A DNA stretch of 40,935 bases from Nitrososphaerales archaeon (GCA_049699795.1 JBNAWJ010000023.1:1-40935); one strand, 5' to 3'. Positions 9,779 to 19,617 are shown, counted from the first letter of the stretch. Notes: generated by a model not told the origin, from the letters alone. Program-made: numbers and translations.

Positions 9779-10633
9779 TTATTGTATTCTTGCCAATTCC
9801 TTTACTTTCTTAAGGTTCCCTAACCAGTCTCTTTTGCTATCTACCGGAGTTTCTAGTATTAAGGGTAATTCTCTAATCGCTTTGTGGTGGAGTATTGCTC
9901 TGAATCCCTCTTCTCCAATAAAGCCCATTCCTATATGCTCATGCCTGTCTAAATGAGAACCCAGTCCGGCCTTAGAATCGTTTAAGTGAATAACTTTCAG
10001 CTTAGAAAGACCTATAATTTTATCGAAGAAATTTAAGGTTTCATTTACAGCCTTTTCATTTCTCAAATCGTAGCCTGCCGCAAAGGCATGGCATGTATCA
10101 AAGCAAACTCCAACTCTATCCCTTTGCTCTGCCTTATCGATTATGGAAACTATCTGCTCAAATTCATAACCAACGCTGTTTTTTGTTCCAGAAGTGATCT
10201 CGAGCAATAGCATAACATCATTATCAACGCTAGAAAGAGCCTCATTACAAGCGTCTATGACCCTTTTTAGACCTACATCCAGACCTTTGCCAAGATGACT
10301 CCCTAGATGAGTAACAAGATAGTTTATTTTCAATTGGCCACACCTTGAAAGCTCTGCCTTTAATATTTCCAAAGATTTTTCATAAGTTTCTTTCGAAGGG
10401 GATGATATATTTGGCAAATAAGGCATATGAGCCGCTGTTAGTTTGAATTCATAAGCTTTCAACTTTTTGACAAAAGCATCAACGTCTTCTTGCTTCAATG
10501 GAGAGAACTTCCATCCTCTAGGATTCCTAGTGAATATCTGAAAGGTTGTGCAATTCAGTTCTTTTGCTCTATCCACAGCCTTATCTATTGAGCCTGCTAT
10601 AGATACATGAACACCAATTAGCATTGCTATCAT
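9779..10633 (-). CDS. nfo: Endonuclease IV (deoxyribonuclease IV)
   Basis: TIM-barrel AP endonuclease 2 pattern: GVHVSIAG, HMPYL.N, THLGSH, CFDTCHAFAAGYD, HLNDSK, DRHEHIG, ILETP. Confidence 0.9.
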   Translation of the reverse strand: MIAMLIGVHVSIAGSIDKAVDRAKELNCTTFQIFTRNPRGWKFSPLKQEDVDAFVKKLKAYEFKLTAAHMPYLPNISSPSKETYEKSLEILKAELSRCGQLKINYLVTHLGSHLGKGLDVGLKRVIDACNEALSSVDNDVMLLLEITSGTKNSVGYEFEQIVSIIDKAEQRDRVGVCFDTCHAFAAGYDLRNEKAVNETLNFFDKIIGLSKLKVIHLNDSKAGLGSHLDRHEHIGMGFIGEEGFRAILHHKAIRELPLILETPVDSKRDWLGNLKKVKELARIQ

Positions 10634-10819
10634 CTATAGAATAAAGAGTATGATCTAAAAAGATAACGATCAGGGTTGACCATGCATCGACCCTATTTCT
10701 AACTTATACTCTCTATTATACGCCGTACGCCTCATTTACAAAACCTTTGGAAGATTTGTAGATCTTTGTAAGAGATCAAAGTCATTGAAGAGTACAGTAT
10801 ATTATACCAACTTCGTGTT

Positions 10820-11095
10820 TTATCCGTTATGAAAAATAAGCTCCTTAAAAATTTCGGCATAGGGGTTCAATGGGATGGGTCTTTGAGGCTCCATATATAG
10901 CGATATTCTTCTCCGATGAGGATATACTTCTGGGCTTCCATCTCTATTTACCCATCCAATGTGTGTATTATCTTCAAAATACTGACCAGAAATTTTCCAG
11001 ATACCAACAAAACATCCTCGTACCAACTTTAACTCTCTTAATTTCTGATCTGTCAGCCCGCTATTTTTAATATATCTTTTAAGCCCGCTCCTCAT
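10820..11095 (-). CDS. Hypothetical protein (orphan ORF in a gap of about 670 bp that is otherwise unassignable)
   Basis: Only an open frame (91 aa from the ATG, 98 aa from an upstream TTG). I recognise no motif. Confidence 0.25.
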   Translation of the reverse strand: MRSGLKRYIKNSGLTDQKLRELKLVRGCFVGIWKISGQYFEDNTHIGWVNRDGSPEVYPHRRRISLYMEPQRPIPLNPYAEIFKELIFHNG

Positions 11096-11301
11096 GTTTG
11101 GAGTACATAAAAGCAAAGCATACCCCTCTCACTAACCCTATCTTTTATTGTCGTTTTATAACGATAATCTACTCCCCAGATTTTATTTTGTTTTACAATA
11201 AGCCAGTTGTACGGATTAGTGATACAAAACCAATATCTCACTTGGTTTCACCACCAATAATAGAATGCCTAGACATTTTCGACAACTTTATAACGACAAA
11301 A

Positions 11302-11730
11302 TCAATCGCTTATCCATGCCCAACTTCCATCGATGTAAACTTCCTTCTTCCACATAGCAGGTTCTTTTTTGTATCTTTCAATAGCCTCTTGTAAAGCAGG
11401 ATAAGCTTGCTTTCTACTCTTACCAACTACAATAACTAAGACTAACGGTTCTCCAACATTAAACGAACCCTTAAAATGGTAAATCCTTGCTAAGGATAAT
11501 TCATATTTATTTCTAATCTCATCACTAATCTTTTTTATGGCTGAATTTGCATGCTCATCATAAGACTCTATCTCTAGCCTTCTGACTTTTTTATCACCTT
11601 TTCCAACTTCTCTTACAACTCCAATGAATAACATAACAGCGCCAGCATCTTTGGGTAAATTAGATAGTAAATCACTTATTACAGATGCTATCTCAATCTT
11701 TCCTTTATCATAAATCCCTGATTCGATCAT
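11302..11730 (-). CDS. moaE: Molybdopterin synthase catalytic subunit MoaE
   Basis: 142 aa. MoaE-like core: GAVMLFIGVVRE, LEIESYDEHA, EPLVLVIVVGKSR..A, PAMWKKE. Confidence 0.75.
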   Translation of the reverse strand: MIESGIYDKGKIEIASVISDLLSNLPKDAGAVMLFIGVVREVGKGDKKVRRLEIESYDEHANSAIKKISDEIRNKYELSLARIYHFKGSFNVGEPLVLVIVVGKSRKQAYPALQEAIERYKKEPAMWKKEVYIDGSWAWISD

Positions 11731-12253
11731 TTCTTCTCATTTTCCTCTTCAATCTCGTGCCACAGACATCACAAATTACAGCATTACCATCATAAAAGAC
11801 CTTACCACAACCACTACAGTACAATAACCAACTTATGGTCCTTGAAATGCCTTTCGTCATTACAGGAGAAAACCTTAACCCAGAAAACTTGACCAAGTTC
11901 TGAATAGAGTAATCATCAGATACTATTGTGACATAGTAACCATTTTTCTTCAACTGCATACCAAGGGCTATGATCGAAATGTCTGTATCTGAAAGCTTTT
12001 GAAGGTCGCCACTTTTGCTGGCCATTTTCCTTACTTCTTCTATCGAATTATGCAATGGTTCAATTATCAAAAGTCTATTGCTCTCTGTAAGGGCTGAGAT
12101 GGCCATGCTCAGCGTCTTAGTATGTGAGACTTCATCGATAACTAATGGAGTTGTATAGTACCTAGATACGCTTGTGAAGGGTATTCCAGCATAAAAGGCT
12201 GTTGAATCTAACACTAAAGCCTTTTTTCTTACTGAGATTTTGCTTAAAGTCAA
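11708..12253 (-). CDS. nob1: Nob1-type endonuclease (PIN domain plus C-terminal zinc ribbon)
   Basis: N-terminal PIN (LVLDSTAFYAG ... DTDISIIALG) followed by CSGCG ... CDVCG. Its 3' end overlaps the moaE start by 23 nt. Confidence 0.7.
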   Translation of the reverse strand: MTLSKISVRKKALVLDSTAFYAGIPFTSVSRYYTTPLVIDEVSHTKTLSMAISALTESNRLLIIEPLHNSIEEVRKMASKSGDLQKLSDTDISIIALGMQLKKNGYYVTIVSDDYSIQNLVKFSGLRFSPVMTKGISRTISWLLYCSGCGKVFYDGNAVICDVCGTRLKRKMRRNDRIRDL

Positions 12254-12375
12254 GATCGATAATTAGTTTAATTGTCTTCTTATTGAACATTACGAAATTA
12301 ATAAGATGATTATATGCAAATCATTCAAAAAGTATTTTTGGTTAAACTATATTATACGATAAGATGTGAAAATTC

Positions 12376-13080
12376 GTGAACAAATATCTGGAGATAAAGA
12401 CTAGATTATCATCGATAGAAATTCTTAGGCTTATGAAAGAGGAGCATTCTTATGAAGAATTATCATCTCTGTTAGGACTTTCAGCGCCAATACTGAGCAG
12501 GTATATTAATGGTCATGTCCTTCCAAGCTTGGAAAGATCGAGTAGGATCACAGAAGCCTTCAAAGAACAACTAACCAATCTTATAAAGGGTAGGATAAAA
12601 TTTGAGGATGGGAGAATCTTTGATCACTCAGAAGTGCTCTACAATCCTAACCTTCTCGACAAGATAGGCAAGTTGGCCTTTCACGAATTTAGTTCTATGA
12701 AAGTGGATAAAGTGCTTACCGTTGAGACTGATGGCATACCATTGGCTGTTCAAGTTAGCAGAGAATTCGGTGTGAATTTTGTTGTTGCAAAGAATAGAAA
12801 GGAGATGGGCATAAGAAATTTCGTAGAAGTAAAGAGAGTCTTCAGCTCAGGGGCTTACTCTTACCTATTCGTACCTAAACGCTCTATAGAGCAAGGTGAG
12901 CATGTATTGATAGTCGATGATGCTGTTAGAACAGGATTTACCTTAGAAACTCTTTTGGAGATTTGTAAAAAATGTGGAGCAGAGCCCATAGGAATCTTCG
13001 CTATAATCTGCTTTGAGGATACTTTGAACAGATTAAGGCAGAGGCTAAATTATCCAGTGAAGGTCTTGGTGAGCATTTGA
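12376..13080 (+). CDS. HTH domain fused to a phosphoribosyltransferase domain (PyrE-like/PurR-like putative regulator)
   Basis: N-terminal HTH (YEELSSLLGLSAPILSRYINGH). C-terminal type I PRTase PRPP loop (VLIVDDAVRTGFTL). GTG start is uncertain. Confidence 0.75.
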   Translation: MNKYLEIKTRLSSIEILRLMKEEHSYEELSSLLGLSAPILSRYINGHVLPSLERSSRITEAFKEQLTNLIKGRIKFEDGRIFDHSEVLYNPNLLDKIGKLAFHEFSSMKVDKVLTVETDGIPLAVQVSREFGVNFVVAKNRKEMGIRNFVEVKRVFSSGAYSYLFVPKRSIEQGEHVLIVDDAVRTGFTLETLLEICKKCGAEPIGIFAIICFEDTLNRLRQRLNYPVKVLVSI

Positions 13081-13106
13081 ATTTTTAACATGATCATGTT
13101 AAAAAT
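13081..13106. promoter_or_regulatory. 26-bp perfect palindrome ATTTTTAACATGATCATGTTAAAAAT between the regulator gene and purS (operator and/or terminator hairpin)
   Basis: I checked self-complementarity base by base. It starts at the first nt after the regulator stop codon. The ATGATC core recurs at 13169-13174 and 13184-13189. Confidence 0.5.
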
Positions 13107-13226
13107 CTTATATATCATAAGAGAATATTTATATAAACAAACACTACAACCCTTCTATAGAGGATGCTATGATCTTATCTTACATGATCAAGGCCTATCT
13201 TTTTGAAATATTTTATGGTGAAGGGT

Positions 13227-13487
13227 ATGAAGACTTATCTTGTTAAAGTAGTTATAGAGAATAAGGCAAGTGCCAGAGACCCTGAGGGAGAAACTATCCT
13301 AAAGGACCTTTTGATAAAAGGCGGCTATAAAAAAGTCAAGGCGGTAAGAACAGCGAAGCTATTGAAGATGTGGGTCGAGGCTGAGAATGATAAAGAAGCG
13401 AAAGAGACAGTGTCAAAGCTATGTGATGAATTGAGAATCTATAATCCTGTAGCCCATACATGCTCCATAAATGCAGAAGGAGAATAA
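13227..13487 (+). CDS. purS: FGAM synthase subunit PurS
   Basis: About 86 aa with the typical PurS start (VKVVIENKASARDPEGETI). I prefer the ATG at 13227 over the TTG at 13203. Confidence 0.85.
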   Translation: MKTYLVKVVIENKASARDPEGETILKDLLIKGGYKKVKAVRTAKLLKMWVEAENDKEAKETVSKLCDELRIYNPVAHTCSINAEGE

Positions 13488-13489
13488 AA

Positions 13490-14194
13490 ATGAAAGTAGC
13501 AATAATACAGTTTCCTGGTAGCAACTGTGACTTTGATACACTTCATGTTTTAAATAATGTTATGAATGTCAAAGCAAATCTTGTATGGCATAAGAGTGAT
13601 GATCTTAAAGATTACGATGCAGTTATACTACCAGGAGGATTCTCTTATGGTGATAGACTAAGAGCAGGGATTATAGCAGCCTATAGTCCTGTCATGAGAG
13701 AAGTGAGAAGGATGGCGAAGGATGGTTATCCTATACTCGGAATATGTAATGGTTTTCAGATACTGATAGAATCTGGCTTACTTCCAGGAGCATTGCTAAG
13801 AAATTCGTCTCTAAAATTCATCTGCAAATGGGTGAACCTTTCTGTTGTAAGCAATAAAGCCATCTTCACTCATAAAATTAAGAAGAATCATTTACTAAAA
13901 ATGCCTATAGCCCATAACGAAGGAAGATACTTCATCGAAGAAGATGACCTTAAAGAACTATACAAAAGGGATCAGATAGTACTCAAGTATGCTGATGAAT
14001 ATGGCAAGATTAGTGAAAGATCAAACCCGAATGGCTCGATAGATGGAATAGCAGGTATATGTAATGATGAAGGTAACGTTTTTGGTCTGATGCCACATCC
14101 TGAAAGAGCATCTGAAAAGTTGTTAAGCCCTTTTGATAGCGATGATGGAAAAATTATCTTCTCATCCATGATTGAATATGTAAAGGAGAGTTGA
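13490..14194 (+). CDS. purQ: FGAM synthase glutaminase subunit PurQ
   Basis: MKVAIIQFPGSNCD start, catalytic GICNGFQ, C-terminal MPHPER. GAAGGAG upstream. Confidence 0.9.
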   Translation: MKVAIIQFPGSNCDFDTLHVLNNVMNVKANLVWHKSDDLKDYDAVILPGGFSYGDRLRAGIIAAYSPVMREVRRMAKDGYPILGICNGFQILIESGLLPGALLRNSSLKFICKWVNLSVVSNKAIFTHKIKKNHLLKMPIAHNEGRYFIEEDDLKELYKRDQIVLKYADEYGKISERSNPNGSIDGIAGICNDEGNVFGLMPHPERASEKLLSPFDSDDGKIIFSSMIEYVKES

Positions 14195-16419
14195 ATTCGT
14201 TGGTTGCACTAAACTCGATCTTAGTAGAATTAACTGAAGATGAGATAAAAGAAGCAAAAAGAATGCTGGGCAGAGAGCCTAACCATCTTGAGCTGGCTAT
14301 GATAGATGCAGAGTGGTCAGAGCATTGTAGCTATAAGTCATCAAAGCCTGTTCTAAAGCAGTTGCCAACGAAAGGACCTAGAGTGATAATAGGGCCTGGC
14401 TATGATGCTGGAGTCGTAGATGTTGATGATGGTTATGTAGTAACTTTGCATATAGAGAGCCATAATCATCCATCTGCCATAGACCCTTATGGAGGGGCAG
14501 CAACGGGGATAGGAGGAGTTTTAAGGGATATTCTTTGCATGGGTACAAGACCTATTGCTTTACTGGATTCTCTTAGGTTTGGTAGCATAGAAGAGAGTGC
14601 CCATTCTAGATGGCTCTTCAAGCATGTTGTGAGAGGGATAAGCGATTATGGTAATTGTGTTGGAGTTCCAACAGTTGCAGGAGAAGTTGAGTTTGACAAT
14701 TGTTTTGAAAGAAACTGTCTTGTTGATGTGGTTTGCTTAGGGTTGGGAAAGATCGATAATCTTGTATTAGCAGAGGCAAAGCATCCTAATGATAGCGTAA
14801 TCCTAGTCGGTGGGAGCACAGGAAGAGACGGGATTCACGGTGTAACCTTTGCATCAAGAGTTTTAACTGAAAAGTCTGATGAGGAGAGATCAGCGGTTCA
14901 AATCCCTGACCCATTCATGAAGAAGTTGATTATAGAAGCAACTCTAGAGGCTATTGCTACAGGTCATGTAAGAGGGCTTAAGGATTTAGGAGGAGGAGGG
15001 CTAACTTGTGGATTGTCGGAGATGGCAGACAAAGGCGGATGTGGGATAGACTTAGAGTTATCAAAAGTTCATCTTCGTGAGAAGGATCTTAGTCCAATAG
15101 AGATAATGATATCAGAGTCTCAAGAAAGGATGGTCTTTATAATCGAACAAGGTCATGAAAAAGAAATATGTGAAATCTTTGATAAATATGAATTGCCTTA
15201 CAGCATCATAGGAAAGGTTACTGATAGTGGTAAATTGATCGTAAAGATGGATGGATCAGAGTTAGCCAGCCTTCCTGCCAAGGTAGTGGCAAATGCACCT
15301 ATAATATATAGAAAGGCAGTTGAGCCAGATTACATAAAGAAGTTAAGAATCGTGGAAAAACCATCGTTACCATCGAATCTTCCATCAGTTTTATTAAAGA
15401 TGCTAAGTTGCCCAAGCATAGCAAGTAAGAGTTGGGTTTATGAGCAGTATGATCATGAGGTAGGAATAAGAACTGTAGTGAAGCCAGGTCAAGGAGACGC
15501 TTCAGTGCTAAGGCTACCCAATGGAACCTTCTTGGCTATAAAGGCTGATGGGAATAGCAAGCATTGTTATATTGATCCTTACAATGGCTCAGCAGGATGC
15601 TTATCCGAGGCATGCAGAAATCTAGTATCAGTAGGAGCAGAGCCTTTAGCCTTCGTCGATCATCTTCAATTTGGCAATCCAGGCAATCCTGAAGTATTTT
15701 GGACTTTCAGAGAGTCTGTTAGAGGATTGGCAGATTACTCTAAAGCCATAGGTTTGCCTTGCATAGGGGGTAAGGTTAGCTTTTACAATGAAGATAAGGT
15801 GAAGAATACGGCCATAAAGCCATCCCCAGTCATAGCAGCCATAGGAAGGATAGAAAAGCAAGAATGGATCACAACTATGAACTTCAAGCATTATGGTGAT
15901 CATATTGTAATTTTAGGCGAAACTAAGCCAGAGATGGGTGGTTCAGAGTACTATGAGTATATTCATGGCTTAATTGGAGGAATAGCACCAAGAATTGATT
16001 TTGATAAAGAAAAGGCAACTATGCACACTATTTTAGATACTATAAGAAAAGGGCTTGTCAAAGCTGTTCACGATGTATCGAAAGGAGGAATAGCGGTAGC
16101 CTTGGCAGAGATGTGTATATCTGGAAGCATTGGTGCATCCATCGATTACTCAAAAATCCCTGCTCATGATCTAAGAATAGATGAAATTCTCTTCTCAGAG
16201 ACTCATTCTAGGTTCATAATAGAAATCGATGATACTAGTATCGACGAATTTTTGAGCATTATGAAAAAAGTTGGCGTTGCACACAATATTATTGGCAAGG
16301 TTGGAGGAGATACTTTGAAATTTAACAAAAATAAGGAAGAATTGATATCAATACCCTTATCAGACTTAAAGGATAGTTGGCTAAATTCTATTCCTAAATG
16401 TATGGGTGAGAGTGAATGA
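14191..16419 (+). CDS. purL: FGAM synthase subunit PurL (small PurL type)
   Basis: 742 aa. Motifs WSEHCSYKSS, ESHNHPS and duplicated PurM-like domains. The start overlaps the purQ stop. Confidence 0.9.
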   Translation: MNSLVALNSILVELTEDEIKEAKRMLGREPNHLELAMIDAEWSEHCSYKSSKPVLKQLPTKGPRVIIGPGYDAGVVDVDDGYVVTLHIESHNHPSAIDPYGGAATGIGGVLRDILCMGTRPIALLDSLRFGSIEESAHSRWLFKHVVRGISDYGNCVGVPTVAGEVEFDNCFERNCLVDVVCLGLGKIDNLVLAEAKHPNDSVILVGGSTGRDGIHGVTFASRVLTEKSDEERSAVQIPDPFMKKLIIEATLEAIATGHVRGLKDLGGGGLTCGLSEMADKGGCGIDLELSKVHLREKDLSPIEIMISESQERMVFIIEQGHEKEICEIFDKYELPYSIIGKVTDSGKLIVKMDGSELASLPAKVVANAPIIYRKAVEPDYIKKLRIVEKPSLPSNLPSVLLKMLSCPSIASKSWVYEQYDHEVGIRTVVKPGQGDASVLRLPNGTFLAIKADGNSKHCYIDPYNGSAGCLSEACRNLVSVGAEPLAFVDHLQFGNPGNPEVFWTFRESVRGLADYSKAIGLPCIGGKVSFYNEDKVKNTAIKPSPVIAAIGRIEKQEWITTMNFKHYGDHIVILGETKPEMGGSEYYEYIHGLIGGIAPRIDFDKEKATMHTILDTIRKGLVKAVHDVSKGGIAVALAEMCISGSIGASIDYSKIPAHDLRIDEILFSETHSRFIIEIDDTSIDEFLSIMKKVGVAHNIIGKVGGDTLKFNKNKEELISIPLSDLKDSWLNSIPKCMGESE

Positions 16420-17843
16420 GAGAGAAATGTGGAGTAATTGGCGCTTATTCCTTTGACGATTTTGATGTATCACAATTCTTGGTTAGAGGCCTTGAAAGCC
16501 TTCAGCATAGGGGTCAAGAATCATGGGGAGTGGCTGTATCTGGGCATAATGTCTTTAAGAAACTTGGCTTGGTCTTGGAAGACCCTGAAGATGCTTATAA
16601 TATCGAGAAGATGAAAGGAAATGTTGGAATCGGTCATGTCAGATATTCAACGAAAGGTAGAACTTCTATAGAGAATGCTCATCCAATAGAGATAGGAAAG
16701 TCTTTTTTCATATCTCATAATGGTACAATAGCAAATACTGATGAATTAATGAATAAAGTGTCGAAGGAAAATAGCATTTCAAGCTCAGTTACAGATACAG
16801 AATTGGTTGGCATCAGGCTCAAACAAATATACCATCAGCATAAGGATTGGTCAACTTCCTTTGAAATTTTGAGCAAAGAGTTAAGTGGCTCTTACTCAAT
16901 GACGATACTGACCGAAAATGGAGAGCTTTTGGCAGCAAGAGATGAGAGAGGCTTTAGACCTCTTTGTTTAGGCTACCATAAAGAAACAAAAACTTATCTA
17001 ATAACCTCAGAGAGCTGTGCTCTTGATTCTCTTGGAGCAGATTTGATAACAGATGTAAAGCCTGGCGAATTAATTAAGATAGATAAGAACGATCTCTCAA
17101 CTTACATGTTTTGTAATGAAGAAAGGCATGCCCACTGCCCCTTTGAATATACATATTTCTCTCACCCTGGTTCATACCTAGAGGGAATCAACGTATATCT
17201 TGCTAGGAAAAGGATTGGGGCTGAGTTAGCCAAGAAGTATCGATTGGAAGGAGATGTAGTAATACCAGTCCCAGACTCAGCGAGGCCTGCTGCCCAAGGA
17301 TTTTCAGCAGAATCAAAGATTCCTTTTGAAGAGGGTTTGATGAAAGATAGGTATAGAAAAAGAGGTAGCTTGAGAAGCTTCATAGAGCCCTTTCAGAAGA
17401 GAAGAGAAGAGATAGTAAAGAAGATCAGCTCTGTGAAGGCTATTGTGAAGGATAAGAATGTAATAGTCGTTGATGATAGCATAGTGAGGGGCACTAGCTC
17501 ATTGATAATTGCAGATATACTGAAAAAGGCAGGGGCAAGGAAGATAAGTTTCGTGATAACATTTCCACCAATAAGGTATCCTTGCTATGCTGGCATAGAC
17601 TTTCCTACTCAAGAAGAGCTTATTGCTTATAGATTTTGTAAAGATAAAACTGATTTAAATCACATCAATGATATGGTTGCCTTTGCCTTGAACGTAGACT
17701 TTGTTGGTTACAATGACATAGAGGAATTGAGCAAAGCCATTGGCTTACCTACCGATGAATTTTGCTTTTCATGTGTGACAGGAGATTACTCTTGCCTCAA
17801 ATGCATCCCTAAGTTTAGGAGTAGGGAGGAGATGAAGGGATAG
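16416..17843 (+). CDS. purF: Amidophosphoribosyltransferase PurF
   Basis: Ntn Cys after a short propeptide (MREKCGVIG), PRTase loop VIVVDDSIVRGTS, and C-terminal Cys residues of Fe-S type. ATGA overlap with purL. Confidence 0.9.
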   Translation: MREKCGVIGAYSFDDFDVSQFLVRGLESLQHRGQESWGVAVSGHNVFKKLGLVLEDPEDAYNIEKMKGNVGIGHVRYSTKGRTSIENAHPIEIGKSFFISHNGTIANTDELMNKVSKENSISSSVTDTELVGIRLKQIYHQHKDWSTSFEILSKELSGSYSMTILTENGELLAARDERGFRPLCLGYHKETKTYLITSESCALDSLGADLITDVKPGELIKIDKNDLSTYMFCNEERHAHCPFEYTYFSHPGSYLEGINVYLARKRIGAELAKKYRLEGDVVIPVPDSARPAAQGFSAESKIPFEEGLMKDRYRKRGSLRSFIEPFQKRREEIVKKISSVKAIVKDKNVIVVDDSIVRGTSSLIIADILKKAGARKISFVITFPPIRYPCYAGIDFPTQEELIAYRFCKDKTDLNHINDMVAFALNVDFVGYNDIEELSKAIGLPTDEFCFSCVTGDYSCLKCIPKFRSREEMKG

Positions 17844-17989
17844 TTGACTGGAATCTTTGGCTTTTATGCCTTTAGTGAAGGTAAGGAGAATTCTACAAAG
17901 AAATTGGATGCTATCCATTTTCCATCTAAAGTAAAGTCTAGACCCAAAGGACTGTTGACTATAATTATCAGTAGGCTTATTCGATCAAA

Positions 17990-19588
17990 ATGAGCAAGAC
18001 TTTAGTTGTCGATGCTGGTGGGAGGGGACATGCTTTATGCTCTCATCTATCTAGAAGTCAAGAAGTGAAGGAAGTTATCTGGGTTCCTGGTAATGCAGGT
18101 GTGTTTTATGATCAAACTGGGAAAATACGAAGAGTAAATTTTTCAGAAAAGAAAGACCCGCTAGACGAGATTTGTGAGATTGCAGCTAGAGAAGGAATTG
18201 AGCTTGCAGTAATCGGGCAGGAAAAGTATTTGAGATATGGTTTAAGAGATAAACTTGAAGAAGTAGGAGTGAAAACTGTTGGCCCGAAGCAGAAATCAAC
18301 AATACTAGAAGCAGACAAAGCATGGACTAAGCAATATCTTAAGAGAATTGGTGTTGATGTGCCAGAATTTATGATCTTTGAGCAAGCTGATGAAGCCATC
18401 GATTGGGTTAGTAAATGGTACAAAGAAACTTCAAAACCATTAGCAATTAAGGCAAGCGGACTTGCTGAGGGAAAGGGGACAAGAGTCTGTTGGAACTATG
18501 AACAAGCAAGATGTTGGATAGAAACCTTGATGATTGGGGACCCTTTAACAAAAACTTATCAACCAAGGTTTGGCGATGCTGGAAAGAAAATTGTAGTTGA
18601 AGAAGGATTAGTTGGAAAAGATTGGATAGAGATTGCTTACTTTGCTCTAGTCGATGAAAAAGGGTATGCCTTACCTTTTGGTACAGCTTATGAAGACAAG
18701 AGAGCTTTTGATGGGAACGAAGATTGTCTGAAGGATTGGAATTTACTCTACACTCTATACCGAAGATGGGATAAACAAAAGCCTCCAAATTATTACAGAA
18801 TACTTTCCGTTCTTAGAGAGTTAACCATCAATCCTAATACTGGTGGAATGATTTGTATTGCTCCTCATCCTTTACTTGATGAGAAATTGAATGAAAAGAT
18901 AATGGAAGAATTTGTTGAACCTGTTTTGAGGAATTGTGAAGATTACGATATTCCAAGGTTCCAAGGAGTTCTCTATTTACAGTTGATGTTCAATATTCGC
19001 ACATATGAAGCAAAAGTTTTAGAGATCAATGTAAGACATGGTGATATAGAAGCTCAAGTAATTTTGGAGAGACTAGAATCTGAACTCTTTCCTTATCTTA
19101 AAGCCTGTGTTGATGGAAATTTAGCTGAGATGGAAAAACTAAGCTGGAAGCAGGAGTGGAGTTATGGAATTGCTTTGGTTAGTGGCAGTAGTCAAGATAA
19201 GGATTTGGGAAAAGAGATTAAATCAAAAGCTGAGTTAGCTGAAGATATAGCAATGGAAGGTTATGAGGCGAAAAAAGACTGGAATATCGGTTATCCATAC
19301 GTTCATTTAACTAATCAACCTATCGATGGTTTAGAAAAAATAAAAGATGTGAAGATTTATCATAATGGCACAGAGATTATAAATGGAAAACTTTTATCAA
19401 CCGGAGGAAGAGTTTTAACTTTAGTTTATACTTCACCAAATTTTGAAGAAGCTAAAAGAAAAGTTGATGAGGCAGCAGAGTCTATTCAATTTTCAACAAA
19501 GCGTTACAGAAGAGAACCCATTCCTAAAGATAAACTTGATGTGCTTTTACCAAAACTTTATCAATTTCCCCAAAATACCATCCCGTAA
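17990..19588 (+). CDS. purD: Phosphoribosylamine-glycine ligase PurD, divergent long form (532 aa)
   Basis: PurD landmarks are present in order: [70 protein letters not shown]. Extra segments lie between them. Confidence 0.8.
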   Translation: MSKTLVVDAGGRGHALCSHLSRSQEVKEVIWVPGNAGVFYDQTGKIRRVNFSEKKDPLDEICEIAAREGIELAVIGQEKYLRYGLRDKLEEVGVKTVGPKQKSTILEADKAWTKQYLKRIGVDVPEFMIFEQADEAIDWVSKWYKETSKPLAIKASGLAEGKGTRVCWNYEQARCWIETLMIGDPLTKTYQPRFGDAGKKIVVEEGLVGKDWIEIAYFALVDEKGYALPFGTAYEDKRAFDGNEDCLKDWNLLYTLYRRWDKQKPPNYYRILSVLRELTINPNTGGMICIAPHPLLDEKLNEKIMEEFVEPVLRNCEDYDIPRFQGVLYLQLMFNIRTYEAKVLEINVRHGDIEAQVILERLESELFPYLKACVDGNLAEMEKLSWKQEWSYGIALVSGSSQDKDLGKEIKSKAELAEDIAMEGYEAKKDWNIGYPYVHLTNQPIDGLEKIKDVKIYHNGTEIINGKLLSTGGRVLTLVYTSPNFEEAKRKVDEAAESIQFSTKRYRREPIPKDKLDVLLPKLYQFPQNTIP

Positions 19589-19617
19589 CAAAAGTGAATT
19601 GTCGAAAAGTAAAAGAG

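Noticed and set aside
11098-11394. Plus-strand 98-aa ORF
   Set aside because: It overlaps the 3' end of moaE in antisense. The sequence is Ile/Phe/Ser-rich with no motif.
13336-15903. Minus-strand ORFs 13336..13524, 13972..14169 and 15646..15903
   Set aside because: They are antisense within purS/purQ and purL.
17162-18788. Minus-strand ORFs 17162..17383, 18112..18423 and 18447..18788
   Set aside because: They are antisense within purF and purD.
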